Origin: a virus
Virus record (IMG/VR): IMGVR_UViG_3300009496_000005
Coordinates: 13,149-77,148 of that record
Strand: one strand, 5' to 3'
Length of the DNA stretch: 64,000 nucleotides
This document shows, in pieces, positions 37,677 through 47,842 of this stretch (positions are counted from its first letter, which is position 1; every line of letters starts with the position of its first letter). The position numbers and the translations under genes are program-made. The notes below the pieces were generated by a model. The model was not told the origin of the DNA. It ran no database searches and saw nothing but the letters and a program-made list of their open reading frames with translations.

Positions 37677-40373
37677 ATGAGTTATGTGGATGCATTCCAT
37701 GATCAAAATAAAGATAAGATCTTTGTAGTAGAACGTATTGATGGAAAGCGAACGATACAAGAACTACAACCTGAATATAATTTCTTTTATTCAGATCCCA
37801 AAGGTAAACATAGAAACATTTACAGCGAGCCTGTAACTGAAATTAGGTGCAGAAGTTTAAAAGACTTTAGAAAAAATGTTGCTATGAACAAAGGCAAAGG
37901 TCTTTGTGAAAGTGATATTAGGCCTATAAACAAAACAATAGCAAAGCACTACAATGGTGCTGAACCTCCAAAACTACATACATGCTTTTTTGATATTGAG
38001 GTAGACTTTGATCCTGAGAGAGGATACAGTTCACCAGACGATCCTTTCACACCAATTACTGCAATAGGTGTCTACTTAGATTGGCTAGAAGCAATGGTAT
38101 GTTTAGCAGTTCCTCCTAAACGTATAACGTGGGAACAAGCAGAAGAAATGACTAAGCACATGCCAGAGGTAAAACTTTGCCGCACAGAAGGAGAGATGCT
38201 TGAACTGTTCTTAGGACTAATTGATGATGCTGATATACTAAGCGGTTGGAACTCAGAGGGATATGATATTCCTTACACACATAATAGGATTACTAGAGTA
38301 TTAGGCAAGAAAGAAACTGCTAAACTATGCTTAATGGACAAGTATCCAAAGAAGAGAGTGTATGAAAGAATGGGATCAGAGAGAACTAGTTATGATCTCA
38401 TAGGCAGAGTTCACTTAGACTATTTGGAGTTATACAGAAAATACAACTATGAAGAACGCCATAGTTATAGATTAGACTACATTGGTGAGATGGAGTTAGG
38501 TGAGAAGAAAGTTGCTTATGAAGGAAGTTTAGATAGGCTTTACAATTATGACTTTGAAAAGTTTTGTGAATACAACATACAAGATGTTATGCTGTTAGCA
38601 AAGATGGATGTTAAGTTACAGTTTATTGATCTTGCTAATACTATTGCACATGATAATACAGTATTACTTCCAGTAACAATGGGTGCTGTGGCAACAACAG
38701 AACAAGCAATCATTAATGAAGCACACAGACGTGACATGGTTGTGCCTGATAGGACTAAAACAAGAGATTCAGATTCGCTATGGGGACATACAGCGGCAGG
38801 TGCCTATGTGGCATTTCCTAAGAAAGGTATGCACGAGTGGGTAGGCTCAATGGACTTGAACAGTCTATATCCTAGTATATTCCGTGCTTTGAATATGGGA
38901 GCAGAAACAGTAGTAGGACAACTAAGACAAGATTACACTGATGAAGAAATTAGTAATAAGATTAAACTAGAAAAGAAATCATTTGCTGATGCTTGGTTAG
39001 GTAAGTTTGGTAGCAATGAATACGAAATGGTAATGGCTAAAGATGTTAACCATACTATGAAATTAGATATGGCTGATGGAACTGTAGTAGATGTTACTGG
39101 TGCCGATGTTTATAACTTAATATTTAATAGTGGGCAACCTTGGAACATAAGTGCTAATGGCACGATATTTAAAACAGACTTTCAAGGCATAGTGCCTGGA
39201 CTATTAGAACGTTGGTATTCAGAGCGTCAAGTAATGCAAAGCAACAAGAAGAAAGCAACTACAGATGCAGAACAAACATATTGGGATAAGAGGCAGTTAG
39301 TTAAGAAGATTAACTTAAACAGTTTGTATGGTGCGATACTTAATCCAGGATGTAGATTCTTTGATCATAGGATAGGACAATCAACTACATTAACAGGTAG
39401 AGCAATTACTAAACACATGGGTGCTGAAACAAATAAACTATTTACAGGCAAGTATGACCATACAGGTGATACTATTGTATATGGTGATACTGACTCTGTA
39501 TACTTTACAGTAGTTCCGGCCTTAGAAGAAGGACAAGAACTTGATATGCAAGGTGCAATTAAATTATATGATCATGTTTCAGAGCAAGTCAGTAACACAT
39601 TCCCACAGTTCTTAAAAGATAACTTTAATATTCCTAAGAGTTCCGGTGAGGTTATGAAAGCAGGACGAGAAGTAGTTGGTAGAGCAGGTGTGTTTATTAC
39701 TAAGAAACGTTATGCGATTATGTGTTTAGATATAGAAGGTTATCAACCTGAAGGTGGTAAACTAAAAGCAATGGGCCTTGATCTTAAGAGATCAGATACT
39801 CCAGAGTTTATACAAGACTTCTTAGAAGAAATACTTATTGATTGCTTGAATGGTGTGCCAGAAGATACTGTTATAGAAAGAATTAGAGAATACAAGAAAG
39901 AATTTAGAATGCTTGAACCTTGGAAAAAAGGTATGCCTAAAAGAGCAAACAATATGACAATGTATAGTGCTAGAGTCTTACAGCAGGCTAATGTGCCTGA
40001 TAGTTACAGACTGCATAAATTAGATGCCTTAAAGAAAGAAACACAAAGCACAATGGTTCCTGGGCATGTAAGAGCAAGTATTAATTGGAATAATTTAAAA
40101 CAAGCGAACAGCGACAACTATAGCATGCCTGTAACGGATGGTGCAAAAGTAGTTGTATGCAGAATGAAAAGTAACCCAATGGGTTATACAAGTGTTGCAT
40201 ACCCAACAGACGAGCTCAACTTACCCAAGTGGTTCAAAGAGTTACCGTTCGATGATGAAGCAATGGAAGAAGCAGTATTGGATAAGAAGGTAACCAATGT
40301 CATTGGAGCAATGGGATTTGACTTATCGAGAATACATGATAGTGAAACATTACAACAGTTTTTTGAATTTTAA
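37677..40373 (+). CDS. family B DNA polymerase
   Basis: FDIE, GWNSEGYD, YNIQD exonuclease motifs; DLNSLYPS, KINLNSLYG, YGDTDS, KKRY. Confidence 0.97.
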   Translation: MSYVDAFHDQNKDKIFVVERIDGKRTIQELQPEYNFFYSDPKGKHRNIYSEPVTEIRCRSLKDFRKNVAMNKGKGLCESDIRPINKTIAKHYNGAEPPKLHTCFFDIEVDFDPERGYSSPDDPFTPITAIGVYLDWLEAMVCLAVPPKRITWEQAEEMTKHMPEVKLCRTEGEMLELFLGLIDDADILSGWNSEGYDIPYTHNRITRVLGKKETAKLCLMDKYPKKRVYERMGSERTSYDLIGRVHLDYLELYRKYNYEERHSYRLDYIGEMELGEKKVAYEGSLDRLYNYDFEKFCEYNIQDVMLLAKMDVKLQFIDLANTIAHDNTVLLPVTMGAVATTEQAIINEAHRRDMVVPDRTKTRDSDSLWGHTAAGAYVAFPKKGMHEWVGSMDLNSLYPSIFRALNMGAETVVGQLRQDYTDEEISNKIKLEKKSFADAWLGKFGSNEYEMVMAKDVNHTMKLDMADGTVVDVTGADVYNLIFNSGQPWNISANGTIFKTDFQGIVPGLLERWYSERQVMQSNKKKATTDAEQTYWDKRQLVKKINLNSLYGAILNPGCRFFDHRIGQSTTLTGRAITKHMGAETNKLFTGKYDHTGDTIVYGDTDSVYFTVVPALEEGQELDMQGAIKLYDHVSEQVSNTFPQFLKDNFNIPKSSGEVMKAGREVVGRAGVFITKKRYAIMCLDIEGYQPEGGKLKAMGLDLKRSDTPEFIQDFLEEILIDCLNGVPEDTVIERIREYKKEFRMLEPWKKGMPKRANNMTMYSARVLQQANVPDSYRLHKLDALKKETQSTMVPGHVRASINWNNLKQANSDNYSMPVTDGAKVVVCRMKSNPMGYTSVAYPTDELNLPKWFKELPFDDEAMEEAVLDKKVTNVIGAMGFDLSRIHDSETLQQFFEF

Positions 40374-40397
40374 TCGAAAAAAAATGGAAATAAGGAC

Positions 40398-40425
40398 TTG
40401 ACAAATCTAAATAGTAATGTATAAT
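40398..40425 (+). promoter_or_regulatory. sigma70-type promoter
   Basis: TTGACA-N16-TATAAT. Confidence 0.65.
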
Positions 40426-40450
40426 TTAAGTTTAATATTGGAGAATATAT

Positions 40451-41206
40451 ATGGCCGAAAATGCAATTAAAGATATCTTAAAAGATGTATTGAAACATAC
40501 ACATGGTTTAGGTATCTTCGAAATGGTAAAGATTACAGGAGACTTAGAAAAAACAGTAATAGAAACTGTTGATGCTGATAAGACTGTTATCTTTAAAGGT
40601 GAAACACTAAACCCAGTTCCTGACTTTGTAGACTCTACAGTTGGGTTAAGCAGAATGGGTGTGCTACAAGGATATTTAAGTTATCCTAGTTTTGATAGTG
40701 ACGATGCAACTGTGCAAGTAAAGTTTCAAGAAAGAAACGGATCTAACGTTCCAGTTGAAGTAGAATTTAACAGTGATGAAGGAACTGATGCTAATTATAG
40801 ATTTATGTTAGCAGATGTTATTAACCAGCAACTTAAAAGCATTAAGTTCAAAGGTGCTGAGTTTGATATTAACATTGTTCCTACAGCAAAGAACTTAAAG
40901 GACTTAGGTTACTTTAACACAATTCTTAGTTCATATGAAGCAATGTTCTCACCCTCTACTGATGGCACAGAACTATATTTTAATATAGGTGATGGTATTA
41001 GTGACAGGGCAAAAGTTCTTGTATCAGGTAGCATTGAAGGAGTTATTTCTAAAGATTGGAAATGGCCACTTGATGTTGTTCTTAGAATTCTAAGACTTGG
41101 AAACAGTGGTAATTGTGTTCTAAGTATTAACGATCAAGGATTATTACAAATTAAAGTAGATAGTGGACTAGGAGTCTACACTTACTTACTACCAGCAAAG
41201 AGTTAA
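40451..41206 (+). CDS. DNA polymerase sliding clamp (gp45-like)
   Basis: 251 aa after polB; YRFM, C-terminal YTYLLPA. Confidence 0.7.
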   Translation: MAENAIKDILKDVLKHTHGLGIFEMVKITGDLEKTVIETVDADKTVIFKGETLNPVPDFVDSTVGLSRMGVLQGYLSYPSFDSDDATVQVKFQERNGSNVPVEVEFNSDEGTDANYRFMLADVINQQLKSIKFKGAEFDINIVPTAKNLKDLGYFNTILSSYEAMFSPSTDGTELYFNIGDGISDRAKVLVSGSIEGVISKDWKWPLDVVLRILRLGNSGNCVLSINDQGLLQIKVDSGLGVYTYLLPAKS

Positions 41207-41209
41207 TTT

Positions 41210-42802
41210 ATGCATAATTTAGGCAAGACACAAAGTGATTACGCAGTATACTTACCTGCTATATCAAGTTTTTATACTAAGCAATTACAAAAATGCTTAG
41301 ACAATCCGGACGAGTGGAGAACTATAGAAGGATTTGAAAAGGGTCTTGCTGGTTTAGATTTTCTTAAAGATGATAGTTACTTCCATTATCCATATGGTTT
41401 GTATTCGGCAGGTCATGCTCACTTAGATTTAGAGAAGAGTGAGAGAGACGAAGCAATGATACAAAATAGAGATCGTGGCAAAACAATGATACTTGGTGAC
41501 TCAGGTGGATTCCAAATTGCTACTGGTGTTCTTAAAATGGATTGGGCAAACGCAAAAGATCCTAATGACCCTGCAAGGTTAGAACTTTGTCGTAAAATAT
41601 TACAATGGGAAGAGCATACAGCCGATTGGGCAATGACTCTTGACATTCCAGGTTTTGCGGCGGCGCCACCTTACAGTGATAAAACAGGACTAGAGTCGTT
41701 TCAAGATACTGTTGATATTTCAGTATTAAATTTAGATTACTTCTTAAGGAATAGAAATCCAGAGAAGTGTAAGTTCCTTAATGTGCTATCTGGTTCAGAT
41801 GAATACAGTTCAGATGTATGGTATGAAGCAGTTAAGCACTTTAGTGATCCTGCTTTTGTTAAAGAAGCATACGGAGATGAGAATAGAGCATTAGAAGGTT
41901 ACGCATTTGCAGGTATCAATATGCGTAATATGAGATGTGTATTAAAAAGAATTCTTAAACTTCGTGAAGACGGCCTGCTTAAAAACAAAGGTTGGATACA
42001 CTTTTTAGGAACTGGTAGATTACAATGGGCATGTCATTTAACATCAATACAACGAATGTTAAGAAAGCACGATTCTCCTAATATCACACTTTCATTTGAT
42101 GCGGCATCGCCCTTTGTAAATACTGCATACGGTCAAACTTATGCATACAACATCTTTGAAAACAAAGGCAAAAGATTTGGTTACTTTATGGATAGAGCAT
42201 TTGATAACCAGATGTTTAAAGGTAGTGATTTGCCTGCTCCGTTTGGACATAGTCCTATAATGAGTAGACTTACTATTGGTGACTTATGCTGTATGGCAGA
42301 AGGCGACCTTAATAGAAACGGTAAAGCAAAAGAGGCAGACTCTACAAGTTGGGATACATTAAGTTATATTTTATACATGGGTCATAGTGTATACAATCAT
42401 ATAAGTGCTGTTCAAGAAGCAAATAGGCTAACTGATATTGAGAAGCATAGAATTAATTGGTCGCATAAAGACTTTATACATGATAAGAAAAGTAAAGCAA
42501 CAAACGATATATCTCCGTATGTGCCTGCAGATGTAATAGCATTTGATAGTTTTGTCCAAGAGGTATTAGACCCAGCATGTCCTGACCCATACAAACTAAT
42601 TGATGATTACGATAAACTTATACAACAAATAAACTTTGGTATATACAAAGTCGATAACGAAGATCCAGAGAATGCTCTTAATGCCTTCTTTGAAGAAACA
42701 ACTAACCCAGTTGAAACAGGCGAGTTGCACGAAGATGAAGTTAGAGACTATGCCGACACTATGATGGACCCAGCAATGACAGGAGACTTTTTCGAAGAAT
42801 GA
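41210..42802 (+). CDS. tRNA-guanine transglycosylase-fold protein (DpdA-like DNA transglycosylase)
   Basis: LGDSGGFQ, MTLDIP, FLNVLSG, GYAFAG, IHFLG, SFDAAS (TGT catalytic Asp motifs). Confidence 0.85.
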   Translation: MHNLGKTQSDYAVYLPAISSFYTKQLQKCLDNPDEWRTIEGFEKGLAGLDFLKDDSYFHYPYGLYSAGHAHLDLEKSERDEAMIQNRDRGKTMILGDSGGFQIATGVLKMDWANAKDPNDPARLELCRKILQWEEHTADWAMTLDIPGFAAAPPYSDKTGLESFQDTVDISVLNLDYFLRNRNPEKCKFLNVLSGSDEYSSDVWYEAVKHFSDPAFVKEAYGDENRALEGYAFAGINMRNMRCVLKRILKLREDGLLKNKGWIHFLGTGRLQWACHLTSIQRMLRKHDSPNITLSFDAASPFVNTAYGQTYAYNIFENKGKRFGYFMDRAFDNQMFKGSDLPAPFGHSPIMSRLTIGDLCCMAEGDLNRNGKAKEADSTSWDTLSYILYMGHSVYNHISAVQEANRLTDIEKHRINWSHKDFIHDKKSKATNDISPYVPADVIAFDSFVQEVLDPACPDPYKLIDDYDKLIQQINFGIYKVDNEDPENALNAFFEETTNPVETGELHEDEVRDYADTMMDPAMTGDFFEE

Positions 42803-43701
42803 ATACTGTCAAAATAGCATTATGTTACAGCGGATTAGTAAATACTTGGGGATATTTAGATACCCATTATAAATTTACTAAGTTGTTTCCTAGTGCTGAT
42901 AATTTTGATATAAATGTGTTTGTGCATAGTTGGGATATTGAGCAAAATAAAATTAACATTAATAAGTTTAAAAGTGATTTAGAGAAACATGATGTGGTTA
43001 ATTCTGTTAATGTAACTATTACTCCTTACAAAGAGTTTGATGATTACATTGATTGGAAAGGCATAGAAAATGTATTTTTAACTTCAAAGATAAGAGACCA
43101 ATTAGGAATTAAAGAACAAATAGTGCATTTAAGTTTATCAGATAATAAGAAAGAAATACTACGATATAAGTTTGCACAATTTTGGAGCCAATGGCAATGC
43201 TTCGACATGTTGACTGAAGACTATGACTTAGTTGTTAGGATAAGACCTGATGTAAAAATAAACAGAGTTATGGAACATGTTGTAACAGAAAAACGTTTTC
43301 CTAAACAAACAACTTTTGAAGATTACATAAGTCTTATAAATAGCCCAACAGGTATTGATACAATAATAGGTATACGTTCATTAGATAATTTGTATGTTCC
43401 TAACCATCCTGTGGTGTTTGTAGATCTAAATCAAGGCGATATGGGTGTAACTAAGTATGGAACTAACATGGCTGATTGGTGTTGGTATATGGCAGGCAAA
43501 GACTTTAAAAAATTACAAAATAAATTTAATGATACAGAAGACTTTCTGAATGAGTTAGTAACTGTATATTTACAAATGGAAGATGATATGGAAGACCATG
43601 GAATGCATAGAGCATTGTGTAAAGTATTAATTGATCACGGTGCTATAGTTTATCCTTGGCCAGTTCTTGAAACATCTTTGGAGTGGGTATATAATGGATA
43701 A
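42799..43701 (+). CDS. hypothetical, glycosyltransferase-like (DxD) protein
   Basis: KIALCYSG, VFVHSW, YDLVVRIRPD. Confidence 0.5.
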   Translation: MNTVKIALCYSGLVNTWGYLDTHYKFTKLFPSADNFDINVFVHSWDIEQNKININKFKSDLEKHDVVNSVNVTITPYKEFDDYIDWKGIENVFLTSKIRDQLGIKEQIVHLSLSDNKKEILRYKFAQFWSQWQCFDMLTEDYDLVVRIRPDVKINRVMEHVVTEKRFPKQTTFEDYISLINSPTGIDTIIGIRSLDNLYVPNHPVVFVDLNQGDMGVTKYGTNMADWCWYMAGKDFKKLQNKFNDTEDFLNELVTVYLQMEDDMEDHGMHRALCKVLIDHGAIVYPWPVLETSLEWVYNG

Positions 43702-44206
43702 TAGAGACGGGCACACAGAAGACACAAGATACTTTATAGGCACAGAAGTAGAGCATACTCCAGCATACGGACAGAAAACATTGTTTGTAATAGGAGTGCA
43801 AAACTTAAAAGAAATACTTGCTAGAGCATTAAACAACAACTGCCCTCATATTTACTTAGGTGCTAATCAATCATTCCATCCTGAAACAGAAGCAGAGTGG
43901 ACTGAATGGAACTTTGTTATAGGTGGCTTAGTAAGTGAAGGCATTTGGGTAACACTGGATTATGATATTAAGTATCATGAAGAAGTATTAGAAGAAGGCT
44001 GGAATGAACAAAACAATTTTATATCTATGATTAGTGTGAAGATACCTTACATAGAGGCTCTGAACTACAATGCTTGTATAAAGTTTGACGATAAGGGATT
44101 TGATGCAACCAACCCAGGTGTTTGGGTGCGATCAATACATGAACTACAGTCACGTAAAGGATTTACCGACTGGACCAAATACACCAAGGATGAAATAATT
44201 GATTAA
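43694..44206 (+). CDS. hypothetical protein in deazaguanine cluster
   Basis: FIGTEVEHTPAYG.KTLFV, HIYLGANQSF, DDKGFDATNPGVW. Confidence 0.65.
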   Translation: MDNRDGHTEDTRYFIGTEVEHTPAYGQKTLFVIGVQNLKEILARALNNNCPHIYLGANQSFHPETEAEWTEWNFVIGGLVSEGIWVTLDYDIKYHEEVLEEGWNEQNNFISMISVKIPYIEALNYNACIKFDDKGFDATNPGVWVRSIHELQSRKGFTDWTKYTKDEIID

Positions 44207-44379
44207 TGATTATTGAAATAAAAGCAACAGATGATGATGGGATTGTGACTAGTATTACTATAGACGAAGATGTCTATAATGATGAAGGATTAGAAAACAT
44301 ATTTAAAAAGTTTACTATCTTTATGATAAAGAATGGTGCTGACCTCCCAGAAGAGATAACGGATTTTTTAGATGCATAA
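44206..44379 (+). CDS. small hypothetical protein (57 aa)
   Basis: TAATG-coupled ORF. Confidence 0.5.
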   Translation: MIIEIKATDDDGIVTSITIDEDVYNDEGLENIFKKFTIFMIKNGADLPEEITDFLDA

Positions 44380-44380
44380 A

Positions 44381-44527
44381 ATGTGGCATCACAACTGTAT
44401 AGAGATGGGCCCAACAGCAACATTACATGGTGAGCCATGCAGTTGGTGTGATGTTACACAAGAACATATAGAACAAGATGTATTGAATAAACCAATACAG
44501 TTAGAAGGAGAAGATTATAATGAGTAG
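44381..44527 (+). CDS. small His/Cys metal-binding peptide (48 aa)
   Basis: MWHHNC...GEPCSWC. Confidence 0.5.
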   Translation: MWHHNCIEMGPTATLHGEPCSWCDVTQEHIEQDVLNKPIQLEGEDYNE

Positions 44528-45182
44528 AATTAAAAAGGCAGTATTGTTTATTATTGTATTAGTTGTATTCTTATTAATTGCTACTCCGGCCCATGCAACA
44601 GGTAGTGCTAAGTTTGGCTTAACACAAATTAACAGTGACTCAACAACACTTAAAGCAAGTATAGATAACAGTTGGGATTTAGATTTAGTTGGAATAGTAT
44701 TAGAAACTGATTATGTTTACAAAGAGCAAGACGAAATTGTTAAAATGGATAAGTTCAGTGCTATAGGTAAAGTAAACAAAGAATTGTCAGAGAAGTATTA
44801 TGCATTTAGTGTAGTAAGTTATGATGCAGATAAATTAAGAACATCAGGTGATAGGATAGTTGGAGGTGCTGGTATTGGTTGGAAGATACTTAGAACTGAT
44901 AATTGGAAGATCAGTCATGAAAGTTCAGTAGCATATCTTACAAACGATGCAGTAAGCGAAGCAATATTTAGAAACAGTTTATGGATATTTTATAAACTAA
45001 ATGACAGTTTAAGTATTACTAATAAACTGCTTAATGAAACTGGCACCGATACATATTTGCGTAATGAAACATCAATCAATTACAGTTTAACAGAAACAGT
45101 TAGTATTGGGTTTAGTAATACATACACTGAAGACCCGGTTGACAATAATGTATTAAGTGTTACAATAGGAGTTAAGTGGTAA
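44520..45182 (+). CDS. DUF481/YdiY-like outer-membrane beta-barrel
   Basis: Signal peptide (AHA), amphipathic strands, GAGIGW, C-terminal Trp. Confidence 0.7.
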   Translation: MSRIKKAVLFIIVLVVFLLIATPAHATGSAKFGLTQINSDSTTLKASIDNSWDLDLVGIVLETDYVYKEQDEIVKMDKFSAIGKVNKELSEKYYAFSVVSYDADKLRTSGDRIVGGAGIGWKILRTDNWKISHESSVAYLTNDAVSEAIFRNSLWIFYKLNDSLSITNKLLNETGTDTYLRNETSINYSLTETVSIGFSNTYTEDPVDNNVLSVTIGVKW

Positions 45183-45184
45183 TA

Positions 45185-45601
45185 ATGACTGAAAAAACAT
45201 ATATTTTAAAACCTAAAAACAAAAAAAGTTTAGTGGAAAGAGTTATCTACGAAAAAGACGGAACTGTATTTTCTTACACTGAAGGCTATACCGGTGGCGA
45301 GTGGTTTTTTGTTGGTAATGAAGAACAAATGAAAATGTTACTTCCACCATTAGATGATGACTCTGTAGATATGAATATGTATCCTGATTGGGAATTTGTA
45401 GAGTCTGGGCAAGGACACACAAACGATTGGGAATTTGTAGGGCCTGCTGATGCTGAACTTGTGGAAGAAGCAGAGAACATCATGGAAGAAGATGGTCATT
45501 GGGCATTAGAAGAAGCAGGTTGGTGTTATGAAGATACTGAATGGTTAGTTTATAATGGATTAGAATTGACCGTTGAGGAGAAAAATAATGAACAATTTTG
45601 A
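45185..45601 (+). CDS. acidic hypothetical protein
   Basis: ORF. Confidence 0.6.
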   Translation: MTEKTYILKPKNKKSLVERVIYEKDGTVFSYTEGYTGGEWFFVGNEEQMKMLLPPLDDDSVDMNMYPDWEFVESGQGHTNDWEFVGPADAELVEEAENIMEEDGHWALEEAGWCYEDTEWLVYNGLELTVEEKNNEQF

Positions 45602-45758
45602 TAAAAACTTTCACATAAACTTTAGTCCACTATATTTTGCATTTGCATTTATGATGTTCATGCTATGGGCAAGTGAGGCGAAGGCCAGTGAGATAGAAAA
45701 TGAAAGAACATTGTCCATATGGACATGTAGTTTTGAAGGAAATACCTTTAGAATTTAA
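45588..45758 (+). CDS. short signal-peptide ORF, possible truncated exported protein
   Basis: GAGGAG SD; hydrophobic core + AKA cleavage, then only about 23 aa. Confidence 0.45.
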   Translation: MNNFDKNFHINFSPLYFAFAFMMFMLWASEAKASEIENERTLSIWTCSFEGNTFRI

Positions 45759-45796
45759 TAACGAAGGTAAGACTTCACAACAGAGAGAAAGATAGA

Positions 45797-45994
45797 ATGG
45801 CAACAGGAAAAGTAAAATGGTTTGATACAACTAAAGGTTTTGGATTTATTACACCAGATGACGGCAGTAAAGATGTGTTTGCACATCATACCGGTATTGC
45901 TGGTGATGGATACAAGTCACTTAACGAAGATCAAGAAGTAACTTTTGATGTTACTGAAGGTGCGAAAGGACCTCAAGCAAGTAACATAGTATAA
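45797..45994 (+). CDS. cspA: cold-shock protein
   Basis: GKVKWF, KGFGFI, DVFAH, KGPQA. Confidence 0.95.
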   Translation: MATGKVKWFDTTKGFGFITPDDGSKDVFAHHTGIAGDGYKSLNEDQEVTFDVTEGAKGPQASNIV

Positions 45995-46004
45995 GGAGTA
46001 TTGT

Positions 46005-46439
46005 ATGAGAAGTATTTGGGTAACATTTAGTAAAGAAGGTATACATAAGTATCCTGCGGCATTAGAAGATCCTAATCTAGCAACTGGCGACGAGTATGAC
46101 GTCAGTTTTCTAGGATACCCTCATAGACATATTTTTCACTTTAAGGTATGGATTGAGGTGTTTCATGATGATAGAGACATTGAATTCATACAATTTAAAA
46201 GATGGTTGGAGAATCAGTATAGAGATGCTATTCTCCAACTTGATTATAAGTCATGCGAGATGATCGCAGATGACTTAGCAGAAACGATCACGGATAGGTA
46301 TCCAGGTCGTTACATAAAGATTTCAGTAGCCGAAGATAATGAAAACGGTTGCGAAATGGAGTATCCAGTAGAAGAATTGGATGGTCCAAGTTTTGAGGAT
46401 ACAGACGCAATAGCAGATGTATTCGATAGTTTAAAATAA
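46005..46439 (+). CDS. queD: QueD-like 6-carboxytetrahydropterin synthase (T-fold)
   Basis: EGIH...HRHIFHFKV, DRDIEF, SCEMIA, V.EDNENG. Confidence 0.7.
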   Translation: MRSIWVTFSKEGIHKYPAALEDPNLATGDEYDVSFLGYPHRHIFHFKVWIEVFHDDRDIEFIQFKRWLENQYRDAILQLDYKSCEMIADDLAETITDRYPGRYIKISVAEDNENGCEMEYPVEELDGPSFEDTDAIADVFDSLK

Positions 46440-46454
46440 CCAAGGAGAAATATA

Positions 46455-46631
46455 ATGGAAACACATTTAAAACTTAAAGCACTCTTCGAAGAGTATATTG
46501 CAGAACAGGATAACTTTGAAATCAAATGCGTTAAAGCATCAGCCACAAGAGCAAGAAAGGCTCTTATGGAGATTTCGAAACTTACTAAAGTTCGTAGACA
46601 AGAAATCCAAGACAGAAAGAACTCAATGTAA
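46455..46631 (+). CDS. Hc1-like small basic (histone H1-like family) protein
   Basis: AAGGAG SD; KASATRARKALMEISKL.K.RR.EIQ. Confidence 0.65.
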   Translation: METHLKLKALFEEYIAEQDNFEIKCVKASATRARKALMEISKLTKVRRQEIQDRKNSM

Positions 46632-46783
46632 TGGAAGAGAAATCAAACACATCAAGTGAACCTAAAAAGATTAGCAAAGACGAAGCAGAAAAAATGTCAG
46701 ACTTTGCACAGAATCTAGATGACCCAATTACTCATGTAGTTGACTATGGTGATATAGGACTTGACAAAAACAGTAAAAAGTAG
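46631..46783 (+). CDS. small hypothetical protein (50 aa)
   Basis: TAATG-coupled ORF. Confidence 0.5.
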   Translation: MEEKSNTSSEPKKISKDEAEKMSDFAQNLDDPITHVVDYGDIGLDKNSKK

Positions 46784-46789
46784 TATAAT
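46761..46789 (+). promoter_or_regulatory. sigma70-type promoter (leaderless)
   Basis: TTGACA-N17-TATAAT, ATG 6 nt later. Confidence 0.75.
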
Positions 46790-46795
46790 TTTAAT

Positions 46796-47842
46796 ATGAA
46801 AGTCTATATCGTAGAGATAGAGCCTGTAGAAACTAGATACACGGCTGAGTGGAAACAACATTTGCCTAGGCAAATGGAATCTGCTGGGTTAGATGTAACT
46901 GTTATACATGGTCCTGATGATGCTCCGGATGATACTACTCCAGGAGCATTCCTCAATTTCAGTGGCACTAACTACTGGAAGAGCGGACAAATGATGCAAA
47001 TTGCTAGTTTGTTTGCTGAGGGCAAGATCAACGATGGTGACTACTTTTTATATACTGATGCATGGAATCCTACTGTTATACAATTAAAGTATATGGCTGA
47101 ATTACTAGGCGTCAATATAAAAATAGGTGGAATGTGGCATGCAGGATCATATGACCCTGCAGACTTCTTAGGCAGACTTATAGGTGATAAACCTTGGGTT
47201 AGAAATGCTGAAAGAAGTATGTATGATTGTTTTGATCATAACTTTTTTGCAACACAATTTCATATCGATATGTTTATGGATAACTTTCCAGAAGCAGACA
47301 CTAATAAACTTTATAGGGTAGGTTGGCCAATGGAATACATGGAAAACTTACTTTATGATTATGGAAGTGAAGCAAACAAATATGATATGATATTGTTCCC
47401 ACATAGACTTGCACCTGAAAAGCAAGTCGACATATTTAAAGATTTATCAGACAGTATGCCTGATGTAGAGTTTGTTGTTTGTCAAGAACAGACACTAACA
47501 AAGGATGAGTATCATATGCTACTAAGCAGAAGTAAAATTGTGTTTAGTGCAAATACTCAAGAGACATTAGGTATAAGTTGCTACGAAGGAGCATTAGTAA
47601 ATGCTTCTCCGTTAGTGCCTGATAGATTAAGTTACACAGAAATGTATGACGAAGAATATAAGTATCCAAGTGAATGGACGGAGAACTTCGAAACCTACTT
47701 GGAACACAAAGATAAACTTATGGCAAAAATAAGGCAAATACTTGGCAAGAGCAATGAATTACAAAATGAAAAATTGGCATCGCATTTAAGTGAGCACTTT
47801 TTTAATGGTAATGCATTGTATAATATAATAGGAAATCAATAA
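46796..47842 (+). CDS. GT-B fold glycosyltransferase
   Basis: WHAGSYD, FPHRLAPEKQ, QETLGISCYEG (E-x7-E), LSYTE. Confidence 0.8.
   Translation: MKVYIVEIEPVETRYTAEWKQHLPRQMESAGLDVTVIHGPDDAPDDTTPGAFLNFSGTNYWKSGQMMQIASLFAEGKINDGDYFLYTDAWNPTVIQLKYMAELLGVNIKIGGMWHAGSYDPADFLGRLIGDKPWVRNAERSMYDCFDHNFFATQFHIDMFMDNFPEADTNKLYRVGWPMEYMENLLYDYGSEANKYDMILFPHRLAPEKQVDIFKDLSDSMPDVEFVVCQEQTLTKDEYHMLLSRSKIVFSANTQETLGISCYEGALVNASPLVPDRLSYTEMYDEEYKYPSEWTENFETYLEHKDKLMAKIRQILGKSNELQNEKLASHLSEHFFNGNALYNIIGNQ

Noticed and set aside
37677-40373. Possible intein or intron in DNA polymerase
   Set aside because: Continuous 898-aa ORF of normal size; no splicing motifs seen
46478-46495. AAGCACTCTTCGAAGAGT, similar to the repeated terminator
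   Set aside because: Inside a coding sequence with no T-tract; likely coincidence
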